IMG/VR virus record: IMGVR_UViG_3300037067_007633
Location: 1-64,000 of that record
Source of the DNA: a virus
Taxonomy: Duplodnaviria > Caudoviricetes
Reading direction: 5' to 3' (one strand)
DNA length: 64,000 nt
The translations under genes were made by a program, and so were the position numbers. Below are positions 29,461 to 40,098 of this stretch, in pieces. The notes beneath the pieces are model-generated. The model did not search any database and was not told the DNA's origin. It was given only the letters and a program-made list of their open reading frames with translations. Position 1 is the first letter of the stretch. Each line of letters starts with the position of its first letter.

Positions 29461-30354
29461 TTTTACAATTAATCTATAATTAGTTTTTTTGTTATATTCT
29501 AAAATTTTGAAAGTATCTCTAAATTGTAAATATTAGCGATCTCTGAAAGTGTTGCCATACCAAAAGTCTGATATTTCCTTTCAAATTCTTTCATTTGATT
29601 AATACTTAAAGTTCTCCACCACTTAATAGCTTCTGATTGAAAGACTTGATCATAGTTTTTTGAATTATATTTTATCACTTAATCTCCAGGCTCTTTGTCC
29701 ATCAATATATCCTTCAGAATATCCAGGTATAATAGAATATATAGCCACCACTAGAGATATTCCGTTGGTGGCGTCATAATATCCGTTTTCGTAACCTAGT
29801 TTGTAATTTTCTGTTGTTTCCATATTATTTTCTAAAAGTCAAGAGTGGTAATATTGAGTAGTGCTTGGTTTATAGGCAAACATTGCCCAGTTTTTGTGCA
29901 GTAATACTAATAAATTCCCTATTTTATTTTTCCTCCATCCTTATTTAAATAATTATTCTGTTTTCTTATTTTATATTGCATAGTTATTGAGCATTGAACG
30001 CCTATATGTTAGGCATATCTACGGTAAAATCTTTTTATTAGTGTGTGTATTAATACTGTTATCCATCCCCTTTTATTTGTTTTCTAATACCCTATCTTAT
30101 CTATTCTATACTTTTCTTATTCTTTCTCTGTTGGATTAGTGTAGTTTGCGTCTTGTTAGTTAAATATTTTACCTCGTAACCCAACTTTTTTAATTTAAGA
30201 ACGTGTTGATAATCAATACAAGGAATCCAATGATTTGACCTATTAAATCTAAGTTTGCTCTTAAAATACCACATTTTATTTCCTCGTAATATTTTCTTTT
30301 ATAACCACTAAAAATACGTACTACCACCGTTTATATTAAGCAAAACTTTTAAAT

Positions 30355-30440
30355 ATGTCATGTAAACTTGACATTATGTACGCTATACCGTACATCATGT
30401 ACGGTATACATTACATCATGTAAAATTCACATTACATACT
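30355..30440. repeat. phased ACATYATGTA repeats with a central 25-bp palindrome
   Basis: copies at 30371, 30392 and 30413 (21-bp period); TATACCGTACAT-C-ATGTACGGTATA at 30384-30408. Confidence 0.8.
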
Positions 30441-30502
30441 CATAAAAACCCAAAACCCGCCATTCCTACCTGTAAAATTCCTATATACTTCAGCCAGTAT
30501 TT

Positions 30503-30530
30503 ATTTTACCTTATTTTTTTGAAAAGTCAA
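30503..30530 (-). promoter_or_regulatory. sigma70-type promoter
   Basis: TTGACT-16nt-TAAAAT. Confidence 0.65.
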
Positions 30531-31361
30531 GTCAACCAGTTGTGGTTTTCAAAATCGCACATACAATCTGTAGTATGTAGAATTTTTTCTATGAAAGTCG
30601 GTATATGATTAGGTAGGGGAAAGGGCATATCGTCCTTTTTATTTTTGTAGCCTATGAGTGGCAAACGGTATAGAAGATAATACGCCGATCTTCAATATGC
30701 GGGAAGCGTATAAAGGTATTATCGAAAGAGACAAAATCCATAAGTAGTCGTATCACCTGGACTTATGGTCGGGGATTAATTTTTTTCTCCTGGGATTTCC
30801 CAGGGATTATTGTTTTCTGAGTAGACTATATCTGTCTTTTCAATTATCTATCGCCCTTAGAGCATTTTTCACTTTCATTAATAGAGGAAAAAAGCATATG
30901 TGTGTGATTGTGGATATTATTCTGTTTGTGGATTACGGGAGATTATACTTTGGGTGGTTACCTATCTTTCCCATCTTACTACTAGTTTCACTTGTTACCT
31001 ACACAGAAACATACTTACGTCAATCTTACCTATTCTAACATATGCGTATTTCCCGAGAGTTAGTACACTTTGGCACCTACAGAATAGACGAAGGAATTTA
31101 CGTAACTTGTTGTAAGAGTTAAGGGAAACTATAGGGTATTAACCCTAAAATATAGGGTGATTGCACTACAGATTTCAAATATTCTCTACTATTTTCCTTC
31201 CTATTAATTCTTCATTCTACTATCGGAAATGCGTTTTGAGCCCAAACGGCAAACCCCGAAATACAAGTAGTAGTACACACCACCCAGTCAAGCTATGCTT
31301 GACATTTATAAAAATAGGTGAATGGGGAATCATACTCCCACTTTTCTTTTTAAAATCATAC

Positions 31362-31389
31362 TTTACTTTTTGGGAAAATGGTGTAGAAT
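31362..31389 (+). promoter_or_regulatory. sigma70-type promoter upstream of tRNA-Met
   Basis: TTTACT-16nt-TAGAAT. Confidence 0.5.
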
Positions 31390-31485
31390 ATAAGAGTGAG
31401 GAGGAATAGGAGAAAGGCAGGTGATCCTAAAATATCTCCGGTTCATTCTTAAATATATATACCTATTCCTCTTCATTTTTATTAT

Positions 31486-31557
31486 AGTGGGGTAGAGTAG
31501 CGGCAACTCGTCAGACTCATAATCTGGAGACCGTGGGTCCGAATCCCACCCCCACAA
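31486..31557 (+). tRNA. tRNA-Met(CAU), possibly initiator-like
   Basis: anticodon arm TCAGA-CTCATAA-TCTGG; T arm GTGGG-TCCGAAT-CCCAC; 1:72 mismatch. Confidence 0.85.
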
Positions 31558-31662
31558 TTTTCCGTCCGTTGTAAGCTCTTTCAACGCTTTATATTTTTAT
31601 TAAAAGGGCAAGAGGGGGCAACTCACAGCCCCCTCTTTTACTTTGTATTAAAGGAGATTTAA

Positions 31663-31866
31663 ATGCAAATTAAGTGTATTATTTGTGGTAAAAAATTAAA
31701 ACAAATCATTAAGGGTAAACCTGAACAAGCCGCTTATCTTAATGGTGGTGTTCATACTTTTATCCCTGGATATGGATCAAATTATGATATGTGTAAATTT
31801 ATTCTTGGAATATGTGATGATTGTATAAGTGAAAAGGTTTCAACTGGAGTGTTAATAGTCGAATAA
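31663..31866 (+). CDS. small Zn-finger protein
   Basis: AAGGAG RBS; CIICG...ICDDC. Confidence 0.75.
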   Translation: MQIKCIICGKKLKQIIKGKPEQAAYLNGGVHTFIPGYGSNYDMCKFILGICDDCISEKVSTGVLIVE

Positions 31867-31881
31867 GCTAACCGGAATGTT

Positions 31882-32049
31882 ATGATGGAACAACAATACG
31901 CTATTATTTCAACTAAGTATTTAATAAGAGATGTAGAGAAATGTCCTAAGTGCGGGACTTATAATGTAGTTGGGGAAAAATGTGATAACTGCGTTAAAAA
32001 ATTAGAATATAAAGTGGGAATTAAACTACCCCTTATTCCTTCCTATTAA
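31882..32049 (+). CDS. small Zn-ribbon protein (55 aa, not in track)
   Basis: hand translation ...EKCPKCGTYNVVGEKCDNC... Confidence 0.55.
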   Translation: MMEQQYAIISTKYLIRDVEKCPKCGTYNVVGEKCDNCVKKLEYKVGIKLPLIPSY

Positions 32050-32178
32050 TTTCTTTGCAATATAAACCCCACATCACCTTAATTGAGGGTGCGAAGCACC
32101 CGAAACCCCACATACCCCAGTCGTGGTAGCAAGAAAAAGAAAACCACCCTTTCGGGCGGTTCTCTTTCAGTTGTTGTT

Positions 32179-32685
32179 TTACTTCTTTTCTCTTCCGTGA
32201 TACGCTTCATACCAAAATACTTTACTCTCTAAGTTAGCTAACTTAGAAATAATAGGATGATTTAATGCATCATAAAACAAATCGCATTCATTTCTAAGTC
32301 CTAGAGTATATAAACACAATAATACTCGTGTTACTCTTAGATAATTGTGGTTAAACTTTCCAAATATTTCATAAACTCTTTTATAGTTCACTATTAGAAT
32401 TTCATTCCCGTCATATTGTAATCCACAAAACCACAACCATTTATAAAATGATCGTCTAATTTGATTTTTCAAATATTCATTGTTGTAAAAATCCCCAATA
32501 TCTTCGTCAGTTAATAGTGGGGCGTTAGGATTAAAGCTAGAGGGGGACTTTAAGGGAAACATCCATTGAATATGGTTATGACACCCCTCCATTTCTTCTT
32601 CGGTAAAACTCAAATAATCTTCTAAAGTTTTACCTTCAATATTTTTACCACCTGTAAGGAAATTAATAATGGGACTTAGAGACAT
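32179..32685 (-). CDS. OGFr (opioid growth factor receptor) N-terminal-like domain protein
   Basis: E..HNHIQWMFP...S.FNP.AP; HNYLRVTRVL. Confidence 0.8.
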   Translation of the reverse strand: MSLSPIINFLTGGKNIEGKTLEDYLSFTEEEMEGCHNHIQWMFPLKSPSSFNPNAPLLTDEDIGDFYNNEYLKNQIRRSFYKWLWFCGLQYDGNEILIVNYKRVYEIFGKFNHNYLRVTRVLLCLYTLGLRNECDLFYDALNHPIISKLANLESKVFWYEAYHGREKK

Positions 32686-32803
32686 TATATTTCCCTCCTA
32701 TCAATTAATAGCAGTCTTAATTGTCATTATTATACCTCAAACAAACTTAAAAACAACTGGTAAATTAACAAATTCCCCATAGTGTTTTATAGTTATATAA
32801 AAG

Positions 32804-32886
32804 TGCCGAAAGAGGGATTCGAACCCTCACTGCCTTACGGCAATCAGATTTTGAGTCTGACGTGTATTCCATTCCACCATTTCGGC
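32804..32886 (-). tRNA. tRNA-Leu(CAA)
   Basis: GCCGAAA/TTTCGGC acceptor; TCAGA-CTCAAAA-TCTGA; long variable arm; GGTTCGAATCC. Confidence 0.93.
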
Positions 32887-33070
32887 TTTATAGTGTTGGT
32901 TTTTCAGGAACGGTAAAAGTTTGTTCTTTACAACACCTTGGGCACTTCCAAGTATATATTCCGGGTTCTAAGACTATATGACTTGGGGGATTATGTTCTG
33001 GATGAGTACAATGTTTGGGCTTATCCCATCCAAATTTCTTTACATTAATAAATGGCATAATGTTATTCTC

Positions 33071-33535
33071 CTAAGCAAAATCCGCAAATATTCCAAGATC
33101 GTCTTTCGCACTATCTAACGCCCGCTGAGCGTTTTTACATACTTCAATCTTATTCTTAATATCCTCAAGATTATAACTTGTTGCTTTGAATTGCTCATAT
33201 ACTTCCGTTAATATACCGCCATCTAATTTTCCAATATTTAGCGTTAATTCATAATACAAACAAGTACAAGAATTTCCAATCATTTCACTAACTTTAACTA
33301 TAAAAAATACACTATAGTTAGAGTCATGATAATATACATTTATTTCTGGTGAATGGGGGAAATCTGGAAGTAGACTTTTTACCTTGATAGTAAGTCCCCC
33401 AACCTTCTTTACTTTCTTCCCTATTAATTCCTTAAAAATAGGAATAAGGGTATTAGACAATTGTTCGGCATAAGCATTAGCACGATTGACGGCACGAATT
33501 TTAGCTTTTAGGTGTTCTTCGTTATAGTAGGACAT
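33071..33535 (-). CDS. hypothetical protein
   Basis: ORF track. Confidence 0.7.
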   Translation of the reverse strand: MSYYNEEHLKAKIRAVNRANAYAEQLSNTLIPIFKELIGKKVKKVGGLTIKVKSLLPDFPHSPEINVYYHDSNYSVFFIVKVSEMIGNSCTCLYYELTLNIGKLDGGILTEVYEQFKATSYNLEDIKNKIEVCKNAQRALDSAKDDLGIFADFA

Positions 33536-33762
33536 TATTGTTTCTTTCTAATACAACTAACAAATAAACAGAATACTGCAATCAACCAGTATTTTATAGG
33601 TTGTGGTCCCTTAAATATTTCTGCTAGTGTTACATGTGATGCTAACCAACACCCCATAATGAAGACAAAATCTTTTATATAAAATACAAATTTCATATTA
33701 ATTTCCTATATTAACACCAAAAACTAGACGTTCAATTTTACAAAGTTAGTTTCATTGCTAAG

Positions 33763-33837
33763 TAGGAGTGTAAGGAATCGAACCTTATTCAATCGTCCAC
33801 CTTATAAGAGTAACCATGATCCAACCATCCCACTCCC
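33763..33837 (-). tRNA. atypical tRNA-Ile(UAU)
   Basis: GGGAGTG/CACTCCT acceptor; TAAGG-TTCGATT-CCTTA T arm; loop CTTATAA; weak G-U-rich anticodon stem and non-canonical D arm. Confidence 0.6.
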
Positions 33838-33968
33838 GTGTGTGTAGGTTCCCCCCTACACTAGGTATCCCCACTAACGTGGCGACTTTGATATTTTCTC
33901 ATACAAATATACTAGGACTCCACCTATTAATATGAGATATAGAATAATTCCGGTTTCTCCCATTAGGG

Positions 33969-35198
33969 TTAGGCGGCTTGCCCAACCAAACTTTCGATAG
34001 CTTTGACAGAAATATGTCTTGCCCTATTAAGCATTGCGTCCCATTGGCTTGTGGTCAAGTTTACAATGCTACCTGCTACTTCGTCCAGTCTAACCCATTC
34101 GTCGTCATCTTGAGTTTGACCAAACCTTGTAATGGCAGCTTGCAGACCAAACGCGGAAAATACTTCCTTACCAATTACATTTTGTTCATCAACAAACGAC
34201 CGCATTACTCCTTGAATTTGTTTTGAAGAAATACTATAATCTTGTGCAGTTTGGGCAAACAAGTTAAGAATGGGGGTGTCCCCTACCCCATAAGCCTTAA
34301 TTCCTAGCATACGTTGAATACCGATATCAAGAAGGGGAATTTGCTTTTCGAGATTATGCTTAATCTTTCCAAACAAATCTTCAAGATCAATATTACCCAT
34401 ATGTTTTTGTCTAATAGCAATTCCGCTCTCTTGGTCCCAAATACAGCCATTCATACAGATTGCACGAAACACACTAGGCTGCGAACTAATACGGCGAGTG
34501 CCGATTTCGGAATTACCGATAGACAACATTCCACCATAATCAGAATCCTTTTCTTCCCTAATAGTGTCGGGAATAAGGATATTGCCATAGATAGAGTCAG
34601 CGTCCCCCCTCCAATGGGATAGCATTCCACCTGGGATAAGCTTTTGGAGTGACTCTAATACCCAAGAGTTATTAACAATTGCATACTTAGAGGACAACAT
34701 TGCCCTCATAGTTCCATCTGTCCATGTACGAAAGAGACGGGGTTTTTCTTGGTCCACCCTATCGGGGGCAAACAAGGTGTTTTTCAATACTTGCACCACC
34801 ACCTCTGCATCCCTCCTATCTCGACTATATTCCATAGTCTTCTTAATAGGATGAAGTTTGGGTTCCCGCATTTGCTTGAGAAAAGTAGTAGAAACCCCCG
34901 CACAAGTGGCAATGTGCTGAAGAGTATGGTCGGTCGGAATATATTCTTCCCTATTAATCTTGTGCCGCAGAATAAAGCGGTCTTTACTGTCAATAGCTGG
35001 TTCCCACTCTCCGAGTGGGCTATCAGAATAATCCCTAATTTTCTGTTGATCATTAGCGATTTTCTCCATTCCCTTATCAAAAGGAATACACTTATCATAC
35101 CAGATCTTAGAGACATTACCAAACCCCTTAGAGGTAGCCAGCGGTTGGCTATTCAACACGGCATTCCCGGAAGTCCCCTTACCTTGAATTGCGGACAT
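33969..35198 (-). CDS. DUF932-like protein
   Basis: RAMLSSKYAIVNN, IGNSEIG, FRAICMNG, IRQKH.G. Confidence 0.7.
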   Translation of the reverse strand: MSAIQGKGTSGNAVLNSQPLATSKGFGNVSKIWYDKCIPFDKGMEKIANDQQKIRDYSDSPLGEWEPAIDSKDRFILRHKINREEYIPTDHTLQHIATCAGVSTTFLKQMREPKLHPIKKTMEYSRDRRDAEVVVQVLKNTLFAPDRVDQEKPRLFRTWTDGTMRAMLSSKYAIVNNSWVLESLQKLIPGGMLSHWRGDADSIYGNILIPDTIREEKDSDYGGMLSIGNSEIGTRRISSQPSVFRAICMNGCIWDQESGIAIRQKHMGNIDLEDLFGKIKHNLEKQIPLLDIGIQRMLGIKAYGVGDTPILNLFAQTAQDYSISSKQIQGVMRSFVDEQNVIGKEVFSAFGLQAAITRFGQTQDDDEWVRLDEVAGSIVNLTTSQWDAMLNRARHISVKAIESLVGQAA

Positions 35199-35453
35199 TT
35201 TAGTGGTCTCCTTGTTTTTTCTGGTTTGGTTGCTCTCGATAAATATATTCTACCCTATATCTAGGAAATGTCAATTTCGCTTCGCGAAAATTTTTTCTAC
35301 CACCTTTGAGGATACACAGTATCCGAAACCCCACACCCCACACCCCTATTCCTTCCTATTTATTTTTTGGCGACAGCCAAACCCCACACCACCTAAAAGT
35401 TGATAAAAGGCTGGAATGGGGGACTCGAACCCCCATCCCCCTACTTGCCTATT

Positions 35454-36896
35454 TCATCCTATTAATTTTGCAGCAAAGTTAAACGCCCAATCTTGCAAAT
35501 CTCTAGACTGGTCTGTTGCCCCAGTAATATAATGGGAATATTCCTCAATAATAACCGTTCTTAGTTGTGGAGTATTAGCATCCCCTAACAGTGTATTTAG
35601 ATAAATTCCTCCATCACGATAAAACCCATAACAAGTAGAGTCAGCCGACATGATAGAAGAAAACCTAAAGGCGTCTGGCATAGGCTTTCCCGTATCCATT
35701 CCTACTTCTACAATCTTTGCCCAAATATCAATTGCTAATTCTTGCAATTCTAAACTTGCTGGGTATACCTCCCTTCCAAGTCTTTCATCTTGAGACAATA
35801 TCTTATCACTAGTTGTTACTTCGTAAGATTGGGCGGTTTCAAAAAACCCCTCAGGAACAATCAACGGAGTATATCCTTTGCGTCTGATAGTATCACTTTC
35901 AGAATTACAACTAATTACCCTATTTACTCCCAAAGTTTGCAACGCAAACTGCCAATTTTTAGACCTAGTTTCCTTTTCTTCTTTGTTTCCAATGTATTGG
36001 GCGGACATATAATATTTATCGAAAGAGTGTTCCCAATATTGAACTTCACTATCAAAGCTTCTTAATAGGATAGATAAATGTTTTGTGTCGGAACTAGCTA
36101 ACACTCGTGCAGACTCAGACTTTGCATTATACTCGTTGAGGTTGCGACTTTCGTCTACCTTAATGTCAAAGTTATAGTCGAAGAGGCTAGATAGATTAGT
36201 GTGTTCTAATTCCCCTACTCTTACGCCTCTTCGATAGAAGACTGGACCGGTTTTATCTCCCATATTTCTATGTTGCTTACGCAAAATGTTAGAAGGGATA
36301 TTTTCTGGTTCAGAGAAATGCATAAACCACTTACCAAGATCGACAAAGAAGCTACGTACAGCCGGTACACTAGCCGGAATAAATACTCTGGTGGTCCCCG
36401 TCTTTGCCCTTACTTGATTTTCGTTTACTAATTCAATAGTAACCCCCTCCCATGGATAGTCTACACTATTACCGTGGTGGTGGTTATACATAATAGTGTG
36501 GTCAATAGCATTGCTAACAAACTCACGGAGAGCCATTTCAACGTATGCCCAGTCGAGTTGACCATAGCCGATTGACCATAGTTTTTCTGTATAGTTGCGA
36601 GTTTTCCCCTCTTCGTCTTTCCCCGAATACCTAACTTGAACCCTATCATATTCGGTATTAGTAATATCACTAGTGAGGTTGTCTGTCACCGGTTGGAATT
36701 CTAACCTGAGATTACTACAAAAAACAATGGGAGTCACGTTGTTACGCATACACACGGAGATACTGTGTTTGTTTCCCGACCCAAATTGCCCAATAATATA
36801 AGGGAGGTTGCAATTTGTCTTTGAGGTTGCCCCTAATACTGTGAACCCCTCCACTGGGGCTATACCCGGATTTTCAATCTTCAAATACTGTAGCAT
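35454..36896 (-). CDS. GHKL-type ATPase with rearranged motifs and a degenerate zincin-like C-terminus
   Basis: IENPG, IGQFGSG, ALREFVSNAID, GTTRV; IIEEYSHYITG. Confidence 0.65.
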   Translation of the reverse strand: MLQYLKIENPGIAPVEGFTVLGATSKTNCNLPYIIGQFGSGNKHSISVCMRNNVTPIVFCSNLRLEFQPVTDNLTSDITNTEYDRVQVRYSGKDEEGKTRNYTEKLWSIGYGQLDWAYVEMALREFVSNAIDHTIMYNHHHGNSVDYPWEGVTIELVNENQVRAKTGTTRVFIPASVPAVRSFFVDLGKWFMHFSEPENIPSNILRKQHRNMGDKTGPVFYRRGVRVGELEHTNLSSLFDYNFDIKVDESRNLNEYNAKSESARVLASSDTKHLSILLRSFDSEVQYWEHSFDKYYMSAQYIGNKEEKETRSKNWQFALQTLGVNRVISCNSESDTIRRKGYTPLIVPEGFFETAQSYEVTTSDKILSQDERLGREVYPASLELQELAIDIWAKIVEVGMDTGKPMPDAFRFSSIMSADSTCYGFYRDGGIYLNTLLGDANTPQLRTVIIEEYSHYITGATDQSRDLQDWAFNFAAKLIG

Positions 36897-37348
36897 TTCT
36901 TCGTCCTTATTAATGGGGTTGTTTCACTAAGATTGATTATCGTCTATTTTTGCAAAATGTCAACACGAATTTTTTTTCGCAAAGCGAAACCCCACATACC
37001 TCTGACGAGGTAGTAAATAAGGAGAAAGGGGGAAAATCCCCCTTTTATTTTACCCAATCTTGTTATTTTTCCTTTCCCTTCTCTTCATAGCCCTATCAGT
37101 CCTTTTCTGAGAGGCTCCGCTTTTCCCATTTCCTCTTCCAGAACGCTTCCTGGAATAAACATTTCCACCCTCAATAAAAGCACAACCATCATAACTGTTT
37201 CGCCCGTAAGCTTTCATTTTATACCATGTCGTGATTAATGGAAAATTCCCTATTAATTTGGCGTAAGCCAACCCAACATACCACTAATAAGGTAAGAAGA
37301 AAAGGAAAGAGCCCCACTTTAAGGGGCTCCATAGTTCCTTGGTTACTA

Positions 37349-37675
37349 TCAGACTGTAACCTCGTTCTGCAAAGCAGGGATATCGTTCTGCGTAGCAGAC
37401 TCTTCCTGTTGCTTCCTCAAATCCATAATCAGCTTAGTCAACTCACTGACGTTGACCTTCGGGGTACGCTTGGATGCCTTCATATCCTTGAGGGGAATTC
37501 CCTCACGGAGTACATTACCGTGATCGTCGATACGCTGATTGCGGTAATTGTTGGCACGTCCAATGACGGCGTTGTACGTCATTCCCGTCTTTTCCATCAC
37601 CTCCTTAACGCTACTGGAAGTTTCCCAAATCGTCACAAACTCTACTTGACCGATACTCGACTTTCCTCGCGGCAT
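37349..37675 (-). CDS. HTH-like DNA-binding protein
   Basis: SSVKEVMEKTGMTYNAVIGRANNYR; AGGAG RBS before ATG 37675. Confidence 0.65.
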   Translation of the reverse strand: MPRGKSSIGQVEFVTIWETSSSVKEVMEKTGMTYNAVIGRANNYRNQRIDDHGNVLREGIPLKDMKASKRTPKVNVSELTKLIMDLRKQQEESATQNDIPALQNEVTV

Positions 37676-38582
37676 AATAAATCTCCTTTTCTCAAAAAAC
37701 CAGTTTAGTAACTCGCTCCGATAACACCATTTTACCTTATTCTTTTTAGAAGTCAAGGGGTTGGGAATTTTTTTTCTTCCGTTGTCCCTTTTCCCCTCCA
37801 ACAAATGTAATTATCGGCTATTTTACTCAGAACACAACAACCAAATTGGAATTTTAGAAAGATATTTTTTGGCGTAAGCCAACCCCACATTCCCCATAGA
37901 TGGGGAATCAATAGGAAAACAAAAAACCCGGTCAAGCGTTGTCAATGCTTACCGGGGGCTTATATTTTTGACGGTTTGCCAATTCCGTCATACAGTCGTT
38001 ACATTATTACGAATAGAAAGGGCTATCTAACGACTTCCCTATTCTATAGGACTAAATTAAGAATTTCCCCTTTTTTTATGCCCCACTAATTTAATCGCCA
38101 ATTTCAGTTTTCTGATTGCTAAGTCTAATTCTTTCTTTTGATAATGTCTTATCGCCTCGTGAATAGTGGCAATTACGTTGAGGTCTGTTTGTGTCATTAT
38201 TTTGGGTAACCTAGTCTATCAGATGAGTTTGTGAGAAACACTTACTTTTAATAAAGAATATACGCAAAACCTTTTGTCATACTTACGTAATAGTCACTAC
38301 CTACCCATTTGATTGTGTCAGTTTCTCCATCTTTGCTTTTAATTTCTGGATGACAATCTGTCAAACAAACTGGGAAAAATTCTTTTCCATCAGATTTTCT
38401 TATGTATTTTATTGAGGTCATAGTTTATTCTCCTACAAGTATTATCGTCTATTTCTGCGAAATGTCAACACGAATTTTTTTTGCGAAGCAAAACCCCACA
38501 TACCTCTAAAGAAGTATTAATAAGAGAAAAGGGGGAAGAATAACAACCCCCTCTTCGATATAATGGGATTATGTTATAGATA

Positions 38583-38831
38583 TTATTCTGTTCTTATTTC
38601 TACTATATCTCCATAACCAGAATAATCTAGCTGGCACCCATTATAATCATGCGGAATACATCCACTATAATTACCAAGCCATTTTTCCAAGTAGGCTAGG
38701 GCTTGCTCAAAAGTTTCAAATTGGTGGGTTTTCCAACAAGCCAAACTTAAATATGGAAAACCAATTACAGAACACGGCTTATTGTTGTCGTAAACTCCAA
38801 ACACATTTTCCCCCTTTATGAATTTACCCAA
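38583..38831 (-). CDS. hypothetical early protein
   Basis: AAGGAG RBS; inside a cassette. Confidence 0.6.
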   Translation of the reverse strand: MGKFIKGENVFGVYDNNKPCSVIGFPYLSLACWKTHQFETFEQALAYLEKWLGNYSGCIPHDYNGCQLDYSGYGDIVEIRTE

Positions 38832-39276
38832 CTCCTTTTCGCCATCCTTCTTTCTTTACGTTGATTACGTTTTCCCTTTACCTTATTTTTTTTCTGCTTA
38901 CACTCACGGTAATACTCAGACCCGCTACTATATGTACCTCGGCACATTTCTTTTACTTCTTTCTTTTTTGTTTTGCAAAATTTGTTGTCGCCTCACAGTA
39001 TTTATTCTACTCTATTTCTATCAGAAGTCAACCCGAATCTTGCATAGAACCGCAAAGCTCTCCAATACGCATACCATTTACGCTTCGCGTAAACAGAAGA
39101 GAACCGCCGCTTACGTTTTCCGTCCGGCATGATTAGGTCTCCTTTTCCTCTTTATTTATTATGGGATATTTTTGCCAAATGTCAAGTCTATTTTTTGGCA
39201 TTAGCCAAACCCCACATACCCCTAGCGTGGTAAATAAGGAGAAAGGGGGACTTCTCCCCCTCCCTAGTCGTTTTTC

Positions 39277-39558
39277 TTAAATCTTTTTTGGTAATCTTAG
39301 TATTCGACCATCACCAATATAATCGCTATACTCTTCCTCATTTTCATAATTTCCTAACTTAACAATCATTTCTTGCATAGGGCAAGGACACAATTGTTTA
39401 TCCCCAGTTATAGCATTATCAATATACCCATACCAATATGCTTTTGATCGCTCTACGTCAAACCTAGTCAATTCCGTTTTGACAATATCTAAAGCCTCAT
39501 TGTTGAGGCACTCGATTGCATCGCGGATTTCTTCCAGACGTTCTTTCGGGCTTTTCAT
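39277..39558 (-). CDS. hypothetical early protein
   Basis: GGAGG RBS. Confidence 0.65.
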   Translation of the reverse strand: MKSPKERLEEIRDAIECLNNEALDIVKTELTRFDVERSKAYWYGYIDNAITGDKQLCPCPMQEMIVKLGNYENEEEYSDYIGDGRILRLPKKI

Positions 39559-39590
39559 TGGACTACCTCCAAAATTCTTCCTTTTGCGTC

Positions 39591-39788
39591 CTAAATACCC
39601 TCACTGTCATAATCCCCTAACTTACACTCAGACGATACAAAACTTATACTATCCCTGTCATCATATTCTATCCTAATATCCTCTTTCGCTTGTTGTCTCT
39701 CTTCATCATTAGGAAAAATTCCAACCAGTCTTTTACTTGTAACTGGCTTGTTAGCGTCATAAACGAATAGTAGAAATAGCTCTTGCAT
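39591..39788 (-). CDS. hypothetical early protein
   Basis: ORF track. Confidence 0.6.
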   Translation of the reverse strand: MQELFLLFVYDANKPVTSKRLVGIFPNDEERQQAKEDIRIEYDDRDSISFVSSECKLGDYDSEGI

Positions 39789-40098
39789 TTCTTTTCCCCT
39801 TTATATTTGTTCTTGTTATAACAAAAACTTGGGACAGGTTTTTGACTGGCACCGTTTTTAATTATTACGGTTAACCCTGCATTCCATCCCTTAGTGTTTG
39901 CAGCCCGAATAACTCCCAGAGGTTTTTGTTACACATGCATTATCGTCTATTCTCACCAAAAATCAATATGGAAAACCCCTTATTTATTTGCCATAGGCAA
40001 ACCCCACATACTCCTAAAGAAGTATATAAGGAAAAAATCCCGCCAATAGAGGGTAGCGAGTGAAACCCCCTCTATCAGCGGGTGACGATGGTTTTTTG

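Noticed and set aside
30900-31409. Plus-strand ORFs 30900 and 31161
   Set aside because: No RBS or motifs; they overlap repeat and promoter-like sequence
31363-31584. 73-aa minus-strand ORF
   Set aside because: Antisense shadow of tRNA-Met
34749-35264. 171-aa plus-strand ORF and similar antisense ORFs (1226, 3449, 9323, 14193, 33978, 34314, 35790, 37238, 41526)
   Set aside because: They lie opposite well-supported genes and have no recognisable motifs
35409-35441. tRNA at GGGGGTTCGAGTCCCCC (minus strand)
   Set aside because: Only a T-arm-like hairpin with no 5' half; more likely the terminator of the ATPase gene or a tRNA remnant
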